From an archaeon (GTDB taxonomy: Archaea; EX4484-52; B79-G9), in NCBI GenBank assembly GCA_043813875.1, contig JBDRKP010000039.1, positions 1 to 41,055 on the forward strand: DNA of 41,055 nt, in the 5' to 3' direction. Position numbers and translations under genes: made by a program. Within the stretch, counting starts at the first letter, position 1; the number at the start of each line of letters is the position of its first letter. The notes beneath the pieces are model-generated. The model had not been told where the DNA came from. It saw only the letters and a program-made list of their open reading frames with translations, and ran no database searches. Of this stretch, positions 7,854-19,512 are shown piece after piece.

Positions 7854-9572
7854 ATGGCAACAAAAGACATAACTTACGCGCACGAACTCCTCAGAAGCGA
7901 AATACAATCCCTCTTAAAAAAGCACAGCATTGTTGGCGCCACCCTCGAAATCCCTCCCGCAAACATAGATGCAGACCTCGCCATGCCGACATTCCCATTA
8001 GCAAAGGCGATGAAAAAAGCCCCACAATTAATCGCAAAAGACCTCGCATCACAACTCAATATCCCAAAAGGCTCACTGATAAAAGAAATAAAAGCAGAAG
8101 GCCCATACCTCAACTTCTACATAGACTTCAAAAGATACACAGGACTGGTCATCGGAAACATCATGAAGACAAAAGACGAATACGGCAAAAAACAAAAAAA
8201 GAACGAAAAGGTCATGATAGAATACTCGCAGGCCAACACCCACAAGGCATTCCACGTAGGCCATGTGCGCGGCACATCGCTTGGCGAATCCCTCGCACGC
8301 ATAATGAAAGCAGAAGGCCACGAAGTGATACAGGCCAACTACCAGGGCGACACCGGTGCCCACGTCGCAAAATGGCTCTGGTGCTACCAGAAATACCACA
8401 AAGACGAGACCCCGCCAGAAAAAGACAGCGAAAAATGGATTGCGTCCATATACGTCGAATCAGTAAAAAGGATAAACGAAAACCCCGACCTCCAGAAAGA
8501 GGCAGACGTAGTAAACAGCGCCCTCGAGAACGAAAAAGACAAGGCACTGACAGGCCTCTGGAAAAGGACAAGAGAATGGAGCTTAAAAAGCTTCGAAGAC
8601 ATCTACCACGACCTCGACGCGCATTTCGACCACTACTTCTTCGAGAAGCAGATGGAAAAAAGGGCAAAAGAGGTCTCAAAAGAGCTTGTAGAAAAAGGCA
8701 TAGCAAAGATAGACAACAGCGCAACAATCATCGACCTTGAAAAATACACCCTCGGAATATGGGTCCTCTTAAGAAAAGACGGCACCTGCCTCTACTCGGC
8801 AAAAGACATAGCGCTCGCAGAAAAGAAATTCAACGAATACAAGGTCAAAAAAAGTATCTACGTCGTCGGCGCAGCCCAGTCACTCCACCTAAAACAGCTA
8901 TTCAAGACCTTGGAACTCATGAAATTCAAGAACGCAGACAAATGCCATCATCTTTCATTCGCCGAAGTCCGCCTCCCCACCGGCAGGATGAGCTCAAGGA
9001 CAGGAGAGAACATATTATACTCAGACATGAAAAAAGAGCTTCTCGCCTATGCAAAAGAAGAAGTAAACAAAAGACACCCCGAATGGACAGGAAAAGATAC
9101 AGAAAAATCAGCAAAAAACATCGCGATTGCAGCCCTAAAATTCGGGATGCTGAACCAGAACCCAAACAAGCCGATAACATTCGACCCAAAAGAGGCACTG
9201 AACTTCGAAGGGGACACAGGCCCCTACATCCAATACACACACGCCCGTGCGCACTCGATTTTAAGGAAGACAAAACCCGCCAAAGTATTCGACCCGGCTC
9301 TCCTAAAAGAAAAAGAAGAGCTGGACCTCATAAAAAAGCTGTCATACTTCCCAAAAACCATAACAGAAGCAACCGAACTCTACGACCCTAATCACATAGC
9401 GACCTACCTCCTGGAACTCGCCCACGATTTCAACACCTTCTACCACAGGCATCAGGTCCTGAAAGCTACGCCACATCTCAGGAACGCAAGGCTGGCGCTT
9501 GTACACTCGACGCTCCAGGTCTTAAAAAACGGCCTCTACCTCCTCGCGATACCTGCACCGAAAAAGATGTAA
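7854..9572 (+). CDS. argS: Arginine--tRNA ligase
   Basis: GPYLNF, EYSQAN..HVGH.R, RMSSRTG, FEGDTGPYIQYTHAR motifs and the C-terminal PKKM. Confidence 0.97.
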   Translation: MATKDITYAHELLRSEIQSLLKKHSIVGATLEIPPANIDADLAMPTFPLAKAMKKAPQLIAKDLASQLNIPKGSLIKEIKAEGPYLNFYIDFKRYTGLVIGNIMKTKDEYGKKQKKNEKVMIEYSQANTHKAFHVGHVRGTSLGESLARIMKAEGHEVIQANYQGDTGAHVAKWLWCYQKYHKDETPPEKDSEKWIASIYVESVKRINENPDLQKEADVVNSALENEKDKALTGLWKRTREWSLKSFEDIYHDLDAHFDHYFFEKQMEKRAKEVSKELVEKGIAKIDNSATIIDLEKYTLGIWVLLRKDGTCLYSAKDIALAEKKFNEYKVKKSIYVVGAAQSLHLKQLFKTLELMKFKNADKCHHLSFAEVRLPTGRMSSRTGENILYSDMKKELLAYAKEEVNKRHPEWTGKDTEKSAKNIAIAALKFGMLNQNPNKPITFDPKEALNFEGDTGPYIQYTHARAHSILRKTKPAKVFDPALLKEKEELDLIKKLSYFPKTITEATELYDPNHIATYLLELAHDFNTFYHRHQVLKATPHLRNARLALVHSTLQVLKNGLYLLAIPAPKKM

Positions 9573-9576
9573 AACA

Positions 9577-12500
9577 TTAGTCCTTCTTCTCATCCTCATC
9601 CATCTCAGAAACCGCCTTCTTCAGCCTCTCGATGGCCTCCCTGAGTTCTCCATCCCCTGAATTGCTTTCCTCCTTTTTCTCAAAAGAAACCTCTGGTTTT
9701 CCGTCATTTTGGCGCACCATCTTGTTCAAAGAATCATCAGCTCTCTCCTGAGGCTGGCCCTTCCTCATCATCCGCCTCAGCCTTTCTACAAAGAGCATCA
9801 ACTTACTGTTTTCAAGCTTCTCCCTCATGAAATCAGCCGTAGACTTATTCAAAGCGCGCTCCATAGCCTGCATCTTCGAAACATCCTTACGCCTTTCTTG
9901 CCTCTCATGTTTAAGGCGCTTAAACCCGCTGACACTCCCTTTCTTCAACACAGCCATATACTCCTCAATCTCTGCAATCTCGCTTCTCGTCTTCATCAGC
10001 TTATCCTGCTCAGAAGTCATTATCCTGTTGAACACCTCCTCACTTATCTTGCGCATAAAATACTGCTTCTCAGTCGCTTTTTTCGTCTCCTCGATAATTC
10101 TTCGCTCCCTGTTAAGCCTGATAAGAGCATCCTTCAGCTTGAAATAAGGAAGAATTATTTCAAAAATCAGATAAACCGAGAAAGAAAGCATTGCTAAGAA
10201 CAATAAAATCATCCACTTATTATCAACCACAAATTTCTCGGCTTTGATATAGAAAAGTGAAGATAGAATAGATTCTGTATTCATTTGCAATGGAGAAATA
10301 ACATCATTCAGTCCGGAAATATCATCATTCTCAATCGCATTTTCTCCTGAAGAAATCAACCTTTCAGCCTCCCTCAATTTAATCTTCAATTGAACAACAT
10401 CAAAACCATCCGACTCATACATTTCAATCTCGGCCTTAATATCATTCACAATATTCCTTAATCTCTCCAGTGCCAATACATTCTGATTTGTGAGAACTAG
10501 TAACCGGATTGTTTTCAATTTCTCCTGAGAACCACCCACAAGCAGGATGCCTATATTATACTCACCCTCAGATTCATTCAAAGGAACATGAACGCTTATA
10601 GGAAAATCAAAAGCATTCCCGGCAGGCAACACAAACTCATCATCCAGAGAAACAGCACAACATTCCTTTGAAATCCTTGAGTTTACAACCAGCGGTTTTT
10701 CACCTATATTTTCTACATATCCATAGAACGTAATATTAAAGCCACTATAAACTTCAATATCAGTATCTTTCAGCGTAAATTCAAAAGCCTCGCGTGGCAT
10801 CGCCACCGAACCAGGCTTGCTTTCACCCCCGGTTTCACTCGCATTACCGATAACAATATCCACCTCACCTGAACCGCCGCCAGCGCCAGAATCAGAAGGA
10901 CCTGAAGATAACACCGGTTCGAGAGTCGTAAGAAGCACCTGGCTGAATCCGCCATTCTTTGAACTGTCTATCGCATCAAACCCAAACCCGAATGACGGAT
11001 TTTCAACTGGTGAAGGTGCAAGAAAATCATCCATGTATACATACATATTAGAAGTGACCCGCTCAAGCTCATATACTGTAGATATATAAGTAGCAGTGAC
11101 CCTGGCATCCGTCACGCCTTCACCCCTCTTATTTGAGACAGTCACATTTATCGGCACAATATTTCCGGGCTTAAAGTAATCCCCATATGAAAAAGTCGTT
11201 ACTTTTGTAACGAGAATATTAGATACAGTAAAATTCAGAGAATTAATACCGCTATTACCGTTCTTCAAAACAGATGCATTGACAGTGTAGGTTGCGTCAG
11301 TACTATAAATTACCGGCATATCAGTACCCAGTATCTCCCTGTAAGAACTGCTCTTGATTTCATCATCAACAAGATACACCAAAGAAGAAGAATCATTCAG
11401 GATGAGAGTCAGATTATATCCATCAACCGTCTTATTATTGACATTATTCGCAGCCACCGTGAAATATATGGTCTCTCCCTTGTTATACACAGCATGGTCT
11501 GTAGAAACCGAAACATCATACATGTCCGTGGCATTGAAAGTAAACGAGCAGTCGGAGTACGCCAGATTTCCAGAGACATCATAAGCATATATCTTGCAGG
11601 CATATTCACCAGTCTCATTGATGCCTGGGAAATCGAATTTATATAGTCCGGGGCTGACAATCTCAGCCGTATGATTTATAACAGCACCCATCGGATAATA
11701 AATCTCAAACGATACATTATCGATCAGCGAATTATCAGAAACATTTGCATATACCGGATTTACCTCATACAGATTAACAAGCTGATATTGAGCATAAGAC
11801 CCGGTGATATTAGGAGAAACAACATCCTCATCAGTTACATTCAGAATAATATTATCGCTATCCACGCCGCCCATAACCCCTGACTCGGCAATCAGGGTCA
11901 TATTACTCAAACCGATGCCTGAAGAATTGATAGTCCAGCTCATCTTACGGCCATAAGGGTAATCCTCAATATTTATATCCCCGACAGACACATTGAAATT
12001 CCCGTTTGTAAGATTAATCACCGAAAGATTCTCAATAGATAGCGATGAATTTATATCTAAAACATCACCACCCGCAGGAACAACAAACCAGGTTATATTA
12101 AATATTCGATTGACAGGCACAACAATAACAGCATCAGACCCAGAATACATCACATCGACAGCACCGAAATTCACAGAGAAATTCTCAAGAGAGGATACAG
12201 CACTTCCAGAATAAACAGTAACATTCACCGAATAATTCCCTGAGCGCGAAACATTGCTATAATCCAGTTCATAAAAATAAGTTCCATTAGAGCCGTCACC
12301 CTTATAGCTCAGTGTCCTGACATCAACCGCTCCCCGCGGCTTGCTGATGACCGCTTCAACCTTCCCGATAGTTGTAGCATTCCCGGACACATTTGCATAT
12401 ATAAAGAGATTATTGGTGACATTCAAAACAGTATCGGAAAAACCAATCAGAACAGACAGATTGAGTACATTGAATGCATGACCCCAAGGCAACCGTGCCA

Positions 12501-15500
12501 TATTCCCGGAAGTATCATTCGAAAATATATCAGTGACATTATAATTGCCGACCAGGACAGTCTGATTATATTTGAGTCTCCACAAACCCATATGATGACT
12601 CCCAATATCCAGATAGAATGACTGGTTTTCATACGTACCGTTCGGCATCAAGACAGGCGCCCATACACCGGAGATATTAAGATTATCACTCACCCAGACA
12701 CCCGCTGAAAAGCTCTCACCTATATAGACGCTACTTGGGCCATCCGCGAAAGGATTGATGATAGTTGGCCCTTCTGTATCCTTGACTTCCAAAGAGACAT
12801 TCAGGACAGACGAATTATATCTGGACATAGCATCTCTTGCGACAAGCGAAACAGTGAAATTACCGGCGCTTGTGACATTGACCGCGAGCGCAACACTTCT
12901 GCCCGACCCGGAAGCAATATCACCCAAAGTATCATTCAATTGCAGAACAGACCCGATACTCGTATAAATAACCACTCCATAAGCATCCCCCGTATTATTC
13001 CCCACGCGATAGACATTATCCAACGTGACATTCAAAGCAAACTCATCACTCTGGTTCACCACACAACTCAAAGCATCATTACACATAACAGAACTCAGAT
13101 TAAGATAGGGTGTCCGAATCAGCGTACTGTTTGAATAGACACGATCCGAAACCTTCAGATACCACGTGACATTAGAATCATTCAACGGATACAGAGCAGA
13201 GAGAGATGCAGAATAAAGAGATACAAGAGATCCGGTCGAATTACCTGAAACATTCATATACGCAACCCTGGAAGAGCCATCAACACCGGTACTGATACCG
13301 CACCCCTTGACCCCGTACGCACAGGCAAAGACAGAATTATTCAAAAAATAGACATCCTTTGAACTGTTCCATGGACTGTTCAGAGGTACATACACAGTCA
13401 GGTTTGGATAATTCAACGTCCTGTTAAAATCGATTGAGATATTAACTGATCTGTTCTGGTTCGCAGATATATAACTCGCCCCGCCAAGCGACACAAAAAA
13501 TCCGCCGCCTACGACAATAAACTCATCCTGATCCGAAGTGACATTCACATTGCCCAAAGCATCAATGGCATATACCAGAGATACCCTGTAAATCCCGGTC
13601 ATATTAGTATTATATAACGTAAAATTCCATCCATCATCCGAATAATTTCCATTAAGAGGCAAAAGAGAATAATTAATCGCACCATAAGGCGCATCAACCG
13701 TCGCGACGACACTGCTGACCAGTCTGTCACTCACATTGACCATAAATCTGACACTCTCATTCGTATACAGCCTCCTGTCAAGATAGAATGAATCATAAGC
13801 AACATCAAAAGCAGCATTATAGATAACCGGAGGCAGATTATCAACAACAACATCCAACGAACCATAGCTGGTCCAGCCAACAGTATCATTCACAGAAACA
13901 TTCAGCGTGTAATTTCCAGTATCCACGCCGTTGATTACAACAGTCCCCCGATAAACCTTCAAAGATGAAGAATAATTCAGCTTTACCCGACCAACATACT
14001 GCCTTGATGTATTCAACACATCAACAAACACAGAATCAACACCACTATATCCATCTGTAGCGTTGACCGAAACAAGGACATGACTGCCATCCTTCACAGC
14101 AGTTGCATTGACCCACGCCTTATTTATGATTGGCGCGCTATCGTCAACCACATACTTATACAACACAATCCTCATATTGCCAAAAGAATCATTTGCATAA
14201 AATATCATTTGTTTACTCCCTTCACTGACCCACCCCGGATTAAAAGAGACACCGGTAACAAAACTATTATTTGAACCCAGACCACTATCATACCAGCTGG
14301 AATTCACCCCGACACCCACATCCTCCACATAAGCAGTAATATTATCAAGAGACCTCAGATAGCTGCCATTCAAAAGAGAAAGAGATACATTCGGTGCAAC
14401 CGTATCAACAAAATACCTGATGACCGTATGATTCAGGTTGCCTAAAGAATCCTTAAGCCACAAATCAAGAGTCTTGTTCCCTCCCGAATCCCACGGGTCA
14501 AATCCCGCATTATCTGCAAAAGACTCATTGACAATAAACTCATTGTTATCGAACTTAAGCTCCCCGATACCCGCCCCGTCATCTGCCACATCAACAGTGA
14601 CATTCCCGTCCAGCTTCATACTCGACCCGTTGACAGGACTGATCGAAGCAATATACGGAGGCGTATCATCAACAAAATAAGACAACACCGTATAATTGAT
14701 GTTACCGGCAGCATCTGCCACCCAAAGATTAAGAGACCTATTCCCTCCGCCCGTCCAGCCGGGATTGAAATACACATTATCCGTTGCCGCCTTTTCCAGT
14801 CCGCTGCCATTGTCATACATCAATTGCGACACACCGGAAAGCGAATCATTCACATCAACCCTGATATCGGTGCTCGACTTCAAAAACGATCCATTTGGGG
14901 GACTTACAGAAACAAAATAAGGCGCAACAAAATCGATAGAATAATTCCTGCTCACAGTCACGGCATCACCGACATTATTAGTCGAATTCACATACACAGT
15001 ACAGACAGACACACCTTCATCTGAACAATAAGAACTCACAACAACAGAAAGGACACCATTGCAGGCAGTTCCGGCCCATGGACTATCATCCGAACCGCTG
15101 ATTCGATAGCCACAAGTCTGCCCCTCGGGGTCGATTTCAGAATGAGAAACACCAAAAGTACCATTAAACCAGGCATCCGCTAAAGGATCCAATATACTCA
15201 CAACCGGCGGCGAATTATCAACATTGAACGAAACATTAACAATATTCGAATTGCCTGCTTTATCACTGGCATTCACTTCAATCAAACAATCCGAATTTTT
15301 CGTATCAGAGCAATAAGCTGCTGTATCAAAACTAAATCCCAACAAACTCCCGCAATCTACCGAATAATATCCGCTGAAAGGATTCAGTCCGTCTTTATAT
15401 CTGTAATAACACAAATCAATATACTCATCTGTTGTTGAATAATTAACACCGATCTCGCCTTTAGTCCACTCATCGCTCAAAGGACTATTAACATAAATCA

Positions 15501-18500
15501 CAGGGCCATCAACATCAAAAACAAGCCATTCAGAATCAGTAGCATTATTGCCGATCCCATCATGAGCAGTAAAGTTGATTGAATAATTACCAGTGGCCCA
15601 CAAAGACGTATCAACCACCCATGAAAAATTACATTGAGAATCACTGACAAATTTTACAGAAGAATTTAAAACATCTGTAGAATTGTAAATATAATAACTG
15701 CAATTAGTCAGATTCCCGCCAACCCTCGCCGCCCGCAAATCAAGGCTAAAATCGCCGTTAATATACACTTCTCTTGGATAATGTATCACCACATTCGGCA
15801 AATTATTATCTACCTTAAAAAGAACCGAAACTGAACGGGTATATCCAAAAGAATCATTAGCATAAATAGTCAGATTATAATCTCCATCAGGATCATCCGA
15901 ACTGTTCCAGACTGCATCCCACCCAAAGCTATTATTCAAAGTTCCATTAGCGACAGTCACATTAATATCATACCATGACGCATTGACACCAATCCCCGAA
16001 TCAGAAACCTCACTTAAAATATCAACCATTCCCGAAACAACCTGCATGTTCGCTGGATTCTGGATCGTTATTAAAGGCGCCCCTCTATCAATGTTTATAA
16101 CACTGGTCTGATTAACAGGTCCGACATTACCAAGCGAGTCATTAGAAAGAAAAGAGAGATATTTACGGCACGTACTCCCGATAGCACATGTCACAGATAC
16201 CACATCAAGCTCATAATACGTTAGACACGTTGCAGAACCATAATCCCTCAGACAAGAACGCGTGACACTGCATCCCACGCCACCTCCGTCATCACATATC
16301 AACAGAACATCCTGATTCTCATTTACCCAGCCAGAATAAGTATAATTACTGCACGTATTTGGTCCGGTCATATCTACATAAAATCCATAGGTAGTATAAT
16401 TGATATTCCCAAGCGTATCATTCGACCACACATAGAGAGTATAATTACCGTCAACACTCCATCCCGGCACAAAACCTGTGCCAATAGAAACCGTCTTATT
16501 TGCTCCGCTCCCGTTGGAATACCACAATTTATCAACCCCTATACCAGCGCCATCTGTAGAACTTAAAACAACCATATCATCACTTTGGATAAAACTGCCG
16601 TTTGGCGGTGAGCTAACGCTGATAAGAGGGGGAGACTTATCCAGTACAAAACGATAATAAGTCCCATTGACATTCCCTGCAGAATCATTCGCCCAGACAT
16701 AAAGATCATTGCTCCCTTCAACACTCCAACCCGGATTGAAGCTGAAGAGAGAATCGAATGTATAATTCAATGACCCATTATTATACCACGACCAGGCAAC
16801 ACCATTTGAGTCATGGATCCCTATACTGATATTAGTCCTCAAAGAGACATAAGATCCGTTCTGAGGGCTCACAAAAGCAAATACAGGAGGCGTATTATCA
16901 ACAACATATGAATAATAGCTATAATTCACATTCCCAAGAGTATCATTAACCCATATAAACAGATATCTAGTGCCTTCAACAGACCACCCCGGATTAAAGC
17001 CGGCATTATCACTGAACGTCTTATTCATAACACTTCCGTTGTTATAGACAAACCCTGAAACACCGACGCCCGGATCATCTGCATCAATGGTGATATTAGA
17101 AACAGACCGTATCACAGACCCGGGCGAAGGCACAACCGAAACAATTGACGGCGCTGTATTATCAACAAAATAAGAATACACCGGATGATTGACATTTTGG
17201 GCCCCGTCAATCACCCATAGCAACAAGTCATTCCATCCCTCATCTATCCATCCCGGCACAAAAGGCACAAGATCATTAAATGTCCCGTTAAGAGCACCAG
17301 AACCATTATTATAATACCTGAAATATACTTCTTGATTGTCCGTCGTATTCAATACAAAAGAAAAGACAGACGTAACATTCGATTTATTCTCATAGGATAT
17401 GCTGAATATTCCCGGCAAAGTATTATCGACAACAAACCGATACATTTCATGATTCACATTTCCCGCAGAATCATTTGCCCAGACATCGATAATATGCTCT
17501 CCTTCACTTGTCCAGTTCGGATCAAAACTCGAATTCACATCAACAGAAATATTACCAAAACCATTATTAGCATTATACCAAAATGAAGATATACTATAAT
17601 CATCACTCACATTGACAGTCACATTATCAGCAGTCTTGAGGTAAGAATTATTCATCGGCTCGACCGGATCAAAAAAAGGCGCATTCACATCAACAATATA
17701 GGTAAGAGACGTATGATTCACATTACCGGCCTCATCATAAGCCCAAAGAGCAAGGTGTTTCTCACCTCCTGTTGACCACCCGGTCAGTATAGAGCCACTG
17801 CTTGAAAATATCGTCACATTACTATTCCCGGCATTATATGTCAAATGATGAAAACTCCAGTCATCAGTGATATTATAGTTGATTCCCACATTGACAGGAA
17901 CATAAGAATTATTCATCGGATAAAAATCATCAGGAACGTACTTAGGAGCCAGCCTGTCAAGAATAATATCATCAAATTTCACTTCCGTCTGGATATTCCC
18001 TACATAATCCTTCACACGTACATACACGGACCTGATACCATCACCTAAAGAGCATCCATAAAAAGGATCAGCGACATTAAAACTGGCAAAACTACCGCCA
18101 AAAACAATCCAATCAGTATAGTTAATGTTATCGCATGAAAATCCCATAAAATCAGGAACATTATATGTTGGCGGCACAATTGTAATATCCGGGAATGCCT
18201 TATTTGTATAAGGATCATTATTTTCGGCAACAACAAACAATGGCGGTTCCGGTGGCGTCTTATCGACAGTAAAAGTAAAATTATCAAACTTGCCCCAGTA
18301 TCCGGACTTATCCCGGCAATGAACATAGACAGTATAATTCCCATCATCAAGACCCGAAATATCAATCGTCCCATTTACAGCTTCAACTGCCTCATCAAAA
18401 CCCCCGTCATCCGGATTCAATGCAATTCCATTACCATATTCTGATTTCAGAGGCGAATCAGCACCATAGCTCTTGACAAAATACTCCGAAGCATTGATAT

Positions 18501-19434
18501 GAGAATAAAGCTCATTATCCTGACAGGTCGCATTAAGAACTGGATTCGAATTTGTGGTAGAAGGATTGATAACTGCACTTTTCGACATTGGAGGAGATAG
18601 ATAATTAACAACTCGCTGCATAACCGCATTTCTATCATTATATCCCAGCGCCTCAAATCCGAATGCAAAATAGACTAATTTATATGTGCCATTGTTTACC
18701 CTCATGGCAGCATTTAAAAGACTCGGAAAGTATCCATAAATCCACGAATTGGAGATTGAACTTCTCTGCTTCAGATAAAAAGAGTAATAAAATGACGGAT
18801 TTGCATATGAACCTGATGGCGCAATTTCTGATGGATATCTTTGATTATTCGCCCCCTCAGATGATATTATGCTTAAATCCATTAGACCTCCTGTAATGGG
18901 ATCATCATTTATACCGCGCGGTAGGGCTTCAAGAACATCCAGATAATAAGAATCATAATCATATAAAACATTATCAACTACAAAACTAGAGCCCATATAA
19001 TCACGATAAAACGTTTCATCACTAATATCATATCCAATATCCTGACCTGTCAAAAACAAAAATCCTCCGCCATCTAAATATTTTTTCAGATTAGTTCTGT
19101 CGTCCGAAGTCAAAGTATTACTATAAGTATTACCAGTAAACCATATAACAATGTCATAGTTCTTCATAGTATCATAACCAGGACCATTATACGGCGAAAA
19201 GAGAACTGACAGAACAATATCACAATCCCCCGTACCAATATCCGTATCACACGAATATCCAAGAATCTGAATAGCGCTCTTAAAATAAGATATATAATCA
19301 CCACCGATGTTCACATCATCGTCGACCAGAAGTATCTTCGGCTTCGGTGAATCAGCATGAACAGCGCCGATAAGTATAATAGAAACCATCAAAAATACAA
19401 TTAGAAACACAATCTTTCCTCGAGAATAAACCAT
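9577..19434 (-). CDS. Giant (3285 aa) membrane-anchored surface protein with about 20 Ig-like repeats
   Basis: Signal peptide; N-terminal alpha/beta domain (ILLVDDD, YDIVIWFTG, YLDGGGFLFLTGQDIG); repeats of about 90 aa ending xNDxxGN...VDxTxP; dense N-x-S/T sequons; Gly/Ser linker; coiled coil; one C-terminal TM helix; charged cytoplasmic tail. Confidence 0.85.
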   Translation of the reverse strand: MVYSRGKIVFLIVFLMVSIILIGAVHADSPKPKILLVDDDVNIGGDYISYFKSAIQILGYSCDTDIGTGDCDIVLSVLFSPYNGPGYDTMKNYDIVIWFTGNTYSNTLTSDDRTNLKKYLDGGGFLFLTGQDIGYDISDETFYRDYMGSSFVVDNVLYDYDSYYLDVLEALPRGINDDPITGGLMDLSIISSEGANNQRYPSEIAPSGSYANPSFYYSFYLKQRSSISNSWIYGYFPSLLNAAMRVNNGTYKLVYFAFGFEALGYNDRNAVMQRVVNYLSPPMSKSAVINPSTTNSNPVLNATCQDNELYSHINASEYFVKSYGADSPLKSEYGNGIALNPDDGGFDEAVEAVNGTIDISGLDDGNYTVYVHCRDKSGYWGKFDNFTFTVDKTPPEPPLFVVAENNDPYTNKAFPDITIVPPTYNVPDFMGFSCDNINYTDWIVFGGSFASFNVADPFYGCSLGDGIRSVYVRVKDYVGNIQTEVKFDDIILDRLAPKYVPDDFYPMNNSYVPVNVGINYNITDDWSFHHLTYNAGNSNVTIFSSSGSILTGWSTGGEKHLALWAYDEAGNVNHTSLTYIVDVNAPFFDPVEPMNNSYLKTADNVTVNVSDDYSISSFWYNANNGFGNISVDVNSSFDPNWTSEGEHIIDVWANDSAGNVNHEMYRFVVDNTLPGIFSISYENKSNVTSVFSFVLNTTDNQEVYFRYYNNGSGALNGTFNDLVPFVPGWIDEGWNDLLLWVIDGAQNVNHPVYSYFVDNTAPSIVSVVPSPGSVIRSVSNITIDADDPGVGVSGFVYNNGSVMNKTFSDNAGFNPGWSVEGTRYLFIWVNDTLGNVNYSYYSYVVDNTPPVFAFVSPQNGSYVSLRTNISIGIHDSNGVAWSWYNNGSLNYTFDSLFSFNPGWSVEGSNDLYVWANDSAGNVNGTYYRFVLDKSPPLISVSSPPNGSFIQSDDMVVLSSTDGAGIGVDKLWYSNGSGANKTVSIGTGFVPGWSVDGNYTLYVWSNDTLGNINYTTYGFYVDMTGPNTCSNYTYSGWVNENQDVLLICDDGGGVGCSVTRSCLRDYGSATCLTYYELDVVSVTCAIGSTCRKYLSFLSNDSLGNVGPVNQTSVINIDRGAPLITIQNPANMQVVSGMVDILSEVSDSGIGVNASWYDINVTVANGTLNNSFGWDAVWNSSDDPDGDYNLTIYANDSFGYTRSVSVLFKVDNNLPNVVIHYPREVYINGDFSLDLRAARVGGNLTNCSYYIYNSTDVLNSSVKFVSDSQCNFSWVVDTSLWATGNYSINFTAHDGIGNNATDSEWLVFDVDGPVIYVNSPLSDEWTKGEIGVNYSTTDEYIDLCYYRYKDGLNPFSGYYSVDCGSLLGFSFDTAAYCSDTKNSDCLIEVNASDKAGNSNIVNVSFNVDNSPPVVSILDPLADAWFNGTFGVSHSEIDPEGQTCGYRISGSDDSPWAGTACNGVLSVVVSSYCSDEGVSVCTVYVNSTNNVGDAVTVSRNYSIDFVAPYFVSVSPPNGSFLKSSTDIRVDVNDSLSGVSQLMYDNGSGLEKAATDNVYFNPGWTGGGNRSLNLWVADAAGNINYTVLSYFVDDTPPYIASISPVNGSSMKLDGNVTVDVADDGAGIGELKFDNNEFIVNESFADNAGFDPWDSGGNKTLDLWLKDSLGNLNHTVIRYFVDTVAPNVSLSLLNGSYLRSLDNITAYVEDVGVGVNSSWYDSGLGSNNSFVTGVSFNPGWVSEGSKQMIFYANDSFGNMRIVLYKYVVDDSAPIINKAWVNATAVKDGSHVLVSVNATDGYSGVDSVFVDVLNTSRQYVGRVKLNYSSSLKVYRGTVVINGVDTGNYTLNVSVNDTVGWTSYGSLDVVVDNLPPVIYNAAFDVAYDSFYLDRRLYTNESVRFMVNVSDRLVSSVVATVDAPYGAINYSLLPLNGNYSDDGWNFTLYNTNMTGIYRVSLVYAIDALGNVNVTSDQDEFIVVGGGFFVSLGGASYISANQNRSVNISIDFNRTLNYPNLTVYVPLNSPWNSSKDVYFLNNSVFACAYGVKGCGISTGVDGSSRVAYMNVSGNSTGSLVSLYSASLSALYPLNDSNVTWYLKVSDRVYSNSTLIRTPYLNLSSVMCNDALSCVVNQSDEFALNVTLDNVYRVGNNTGDAYGVVIYTSIGSVLQLNDTLGDIASGSGRSVALAVNVTSAGNFTVSLVARDAMSRYNSSVLNVSLEVKDTEGPTIINPFADGPSSVYIGESFSAGVWVSDNLNISGVWAPVLMPNGTYENQSFYLDIGSHHMGLWRLKYNQTVLVGNYNVTDIFSNDTSGNMARLPWGHAFNVLNLSVLIGFSDTVLNVTNNLFIYANVSGNATTIGKVEAVISKPRGAVDVRTLSYKGDGSNGTYFYELDYSNVSRSGNYSVNVTVYSGSAVSSLENFSVNFGAVDVMYSGSDAVIVVPVNRIFNITWFVVPAGGDVLDINSSLSIENLSVINLTNGNFNVSVGDINIEDYPYGRKMSWTINSSGIGLSNMTLIAESGVMGGVDSDNIILNVTDEDVVSPNITGSYAQYQLVNLYEVNPVYANVSDNSLIDNVSFEIYYPMGAVINHTAEIVSPGLYKFDFPGINETGEYACKIYAYDVSGNLAYSDCSFTFNATDMYDVSVSTDHAVYNKGETIYFTVAANNVNNKTVDGYNLTLILNDSSSLVYLVDDEIKSSSYREILGTDMPVIYSTDATYTVNASVLKNGNSGINSLNFTVSNILVTKVTTFSYGDYFKPGNIVPINVTVSNKRGEGVTDARVTATYISTVYELERVTSNMYVYMDDFLAPSPVENPSFGFGFDAIDSSKNGGFSQVLLTTLEPVLSSGPSDSGAGGGSGEVDIVIGNASETGGESKPGSVAMPREAFEFTLKDTDIEVYSGFNITFYGYVENIGEKPLVVNSRISKECCAVSLDDEFVLPAGNAFDFPISVHVPLNESEGEYNIGILLVGGSQEKLKTIRLLVLTNQNVLALERLRNIVNDIKAEIEMYESDGFDVVQLKIKLREAERLISSGENAIENDDISGLNDVISPLQMNTESILSSLFYIKAEKFVVDNKWMILLFLAMLSFSVYLIFEIILPYFKLKDALIRLNRERRIIEETKKATEKQYFMRKISEEVFNRIMTSEQDKLMKTRSEIAEIEEYMAVLKKGSVSGFKRLKHERQERRKDVSKMQAMERALNKSTADFMREKLENSKLMLFVERLRRMMRKGQPQERADDSLNKMVRQNDGKPEVSFEKKEESNSGDGELREAIERLKKAVSEMDEDEKKD

Positions 19435-19512
19435 ACATAATATTTGATTTTACTACATATAAATCTTACAGAAACATAAAACACCAGATGCAAAAACATA
19501 ATGAAAAATAAT

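Noticed and set aside
8372..9391. Arg-rich alternative-frame ORFs inside argS
   Set aside because: Off-frame products of A/C-rich codons; argS is intact, so no frameshift is needed.
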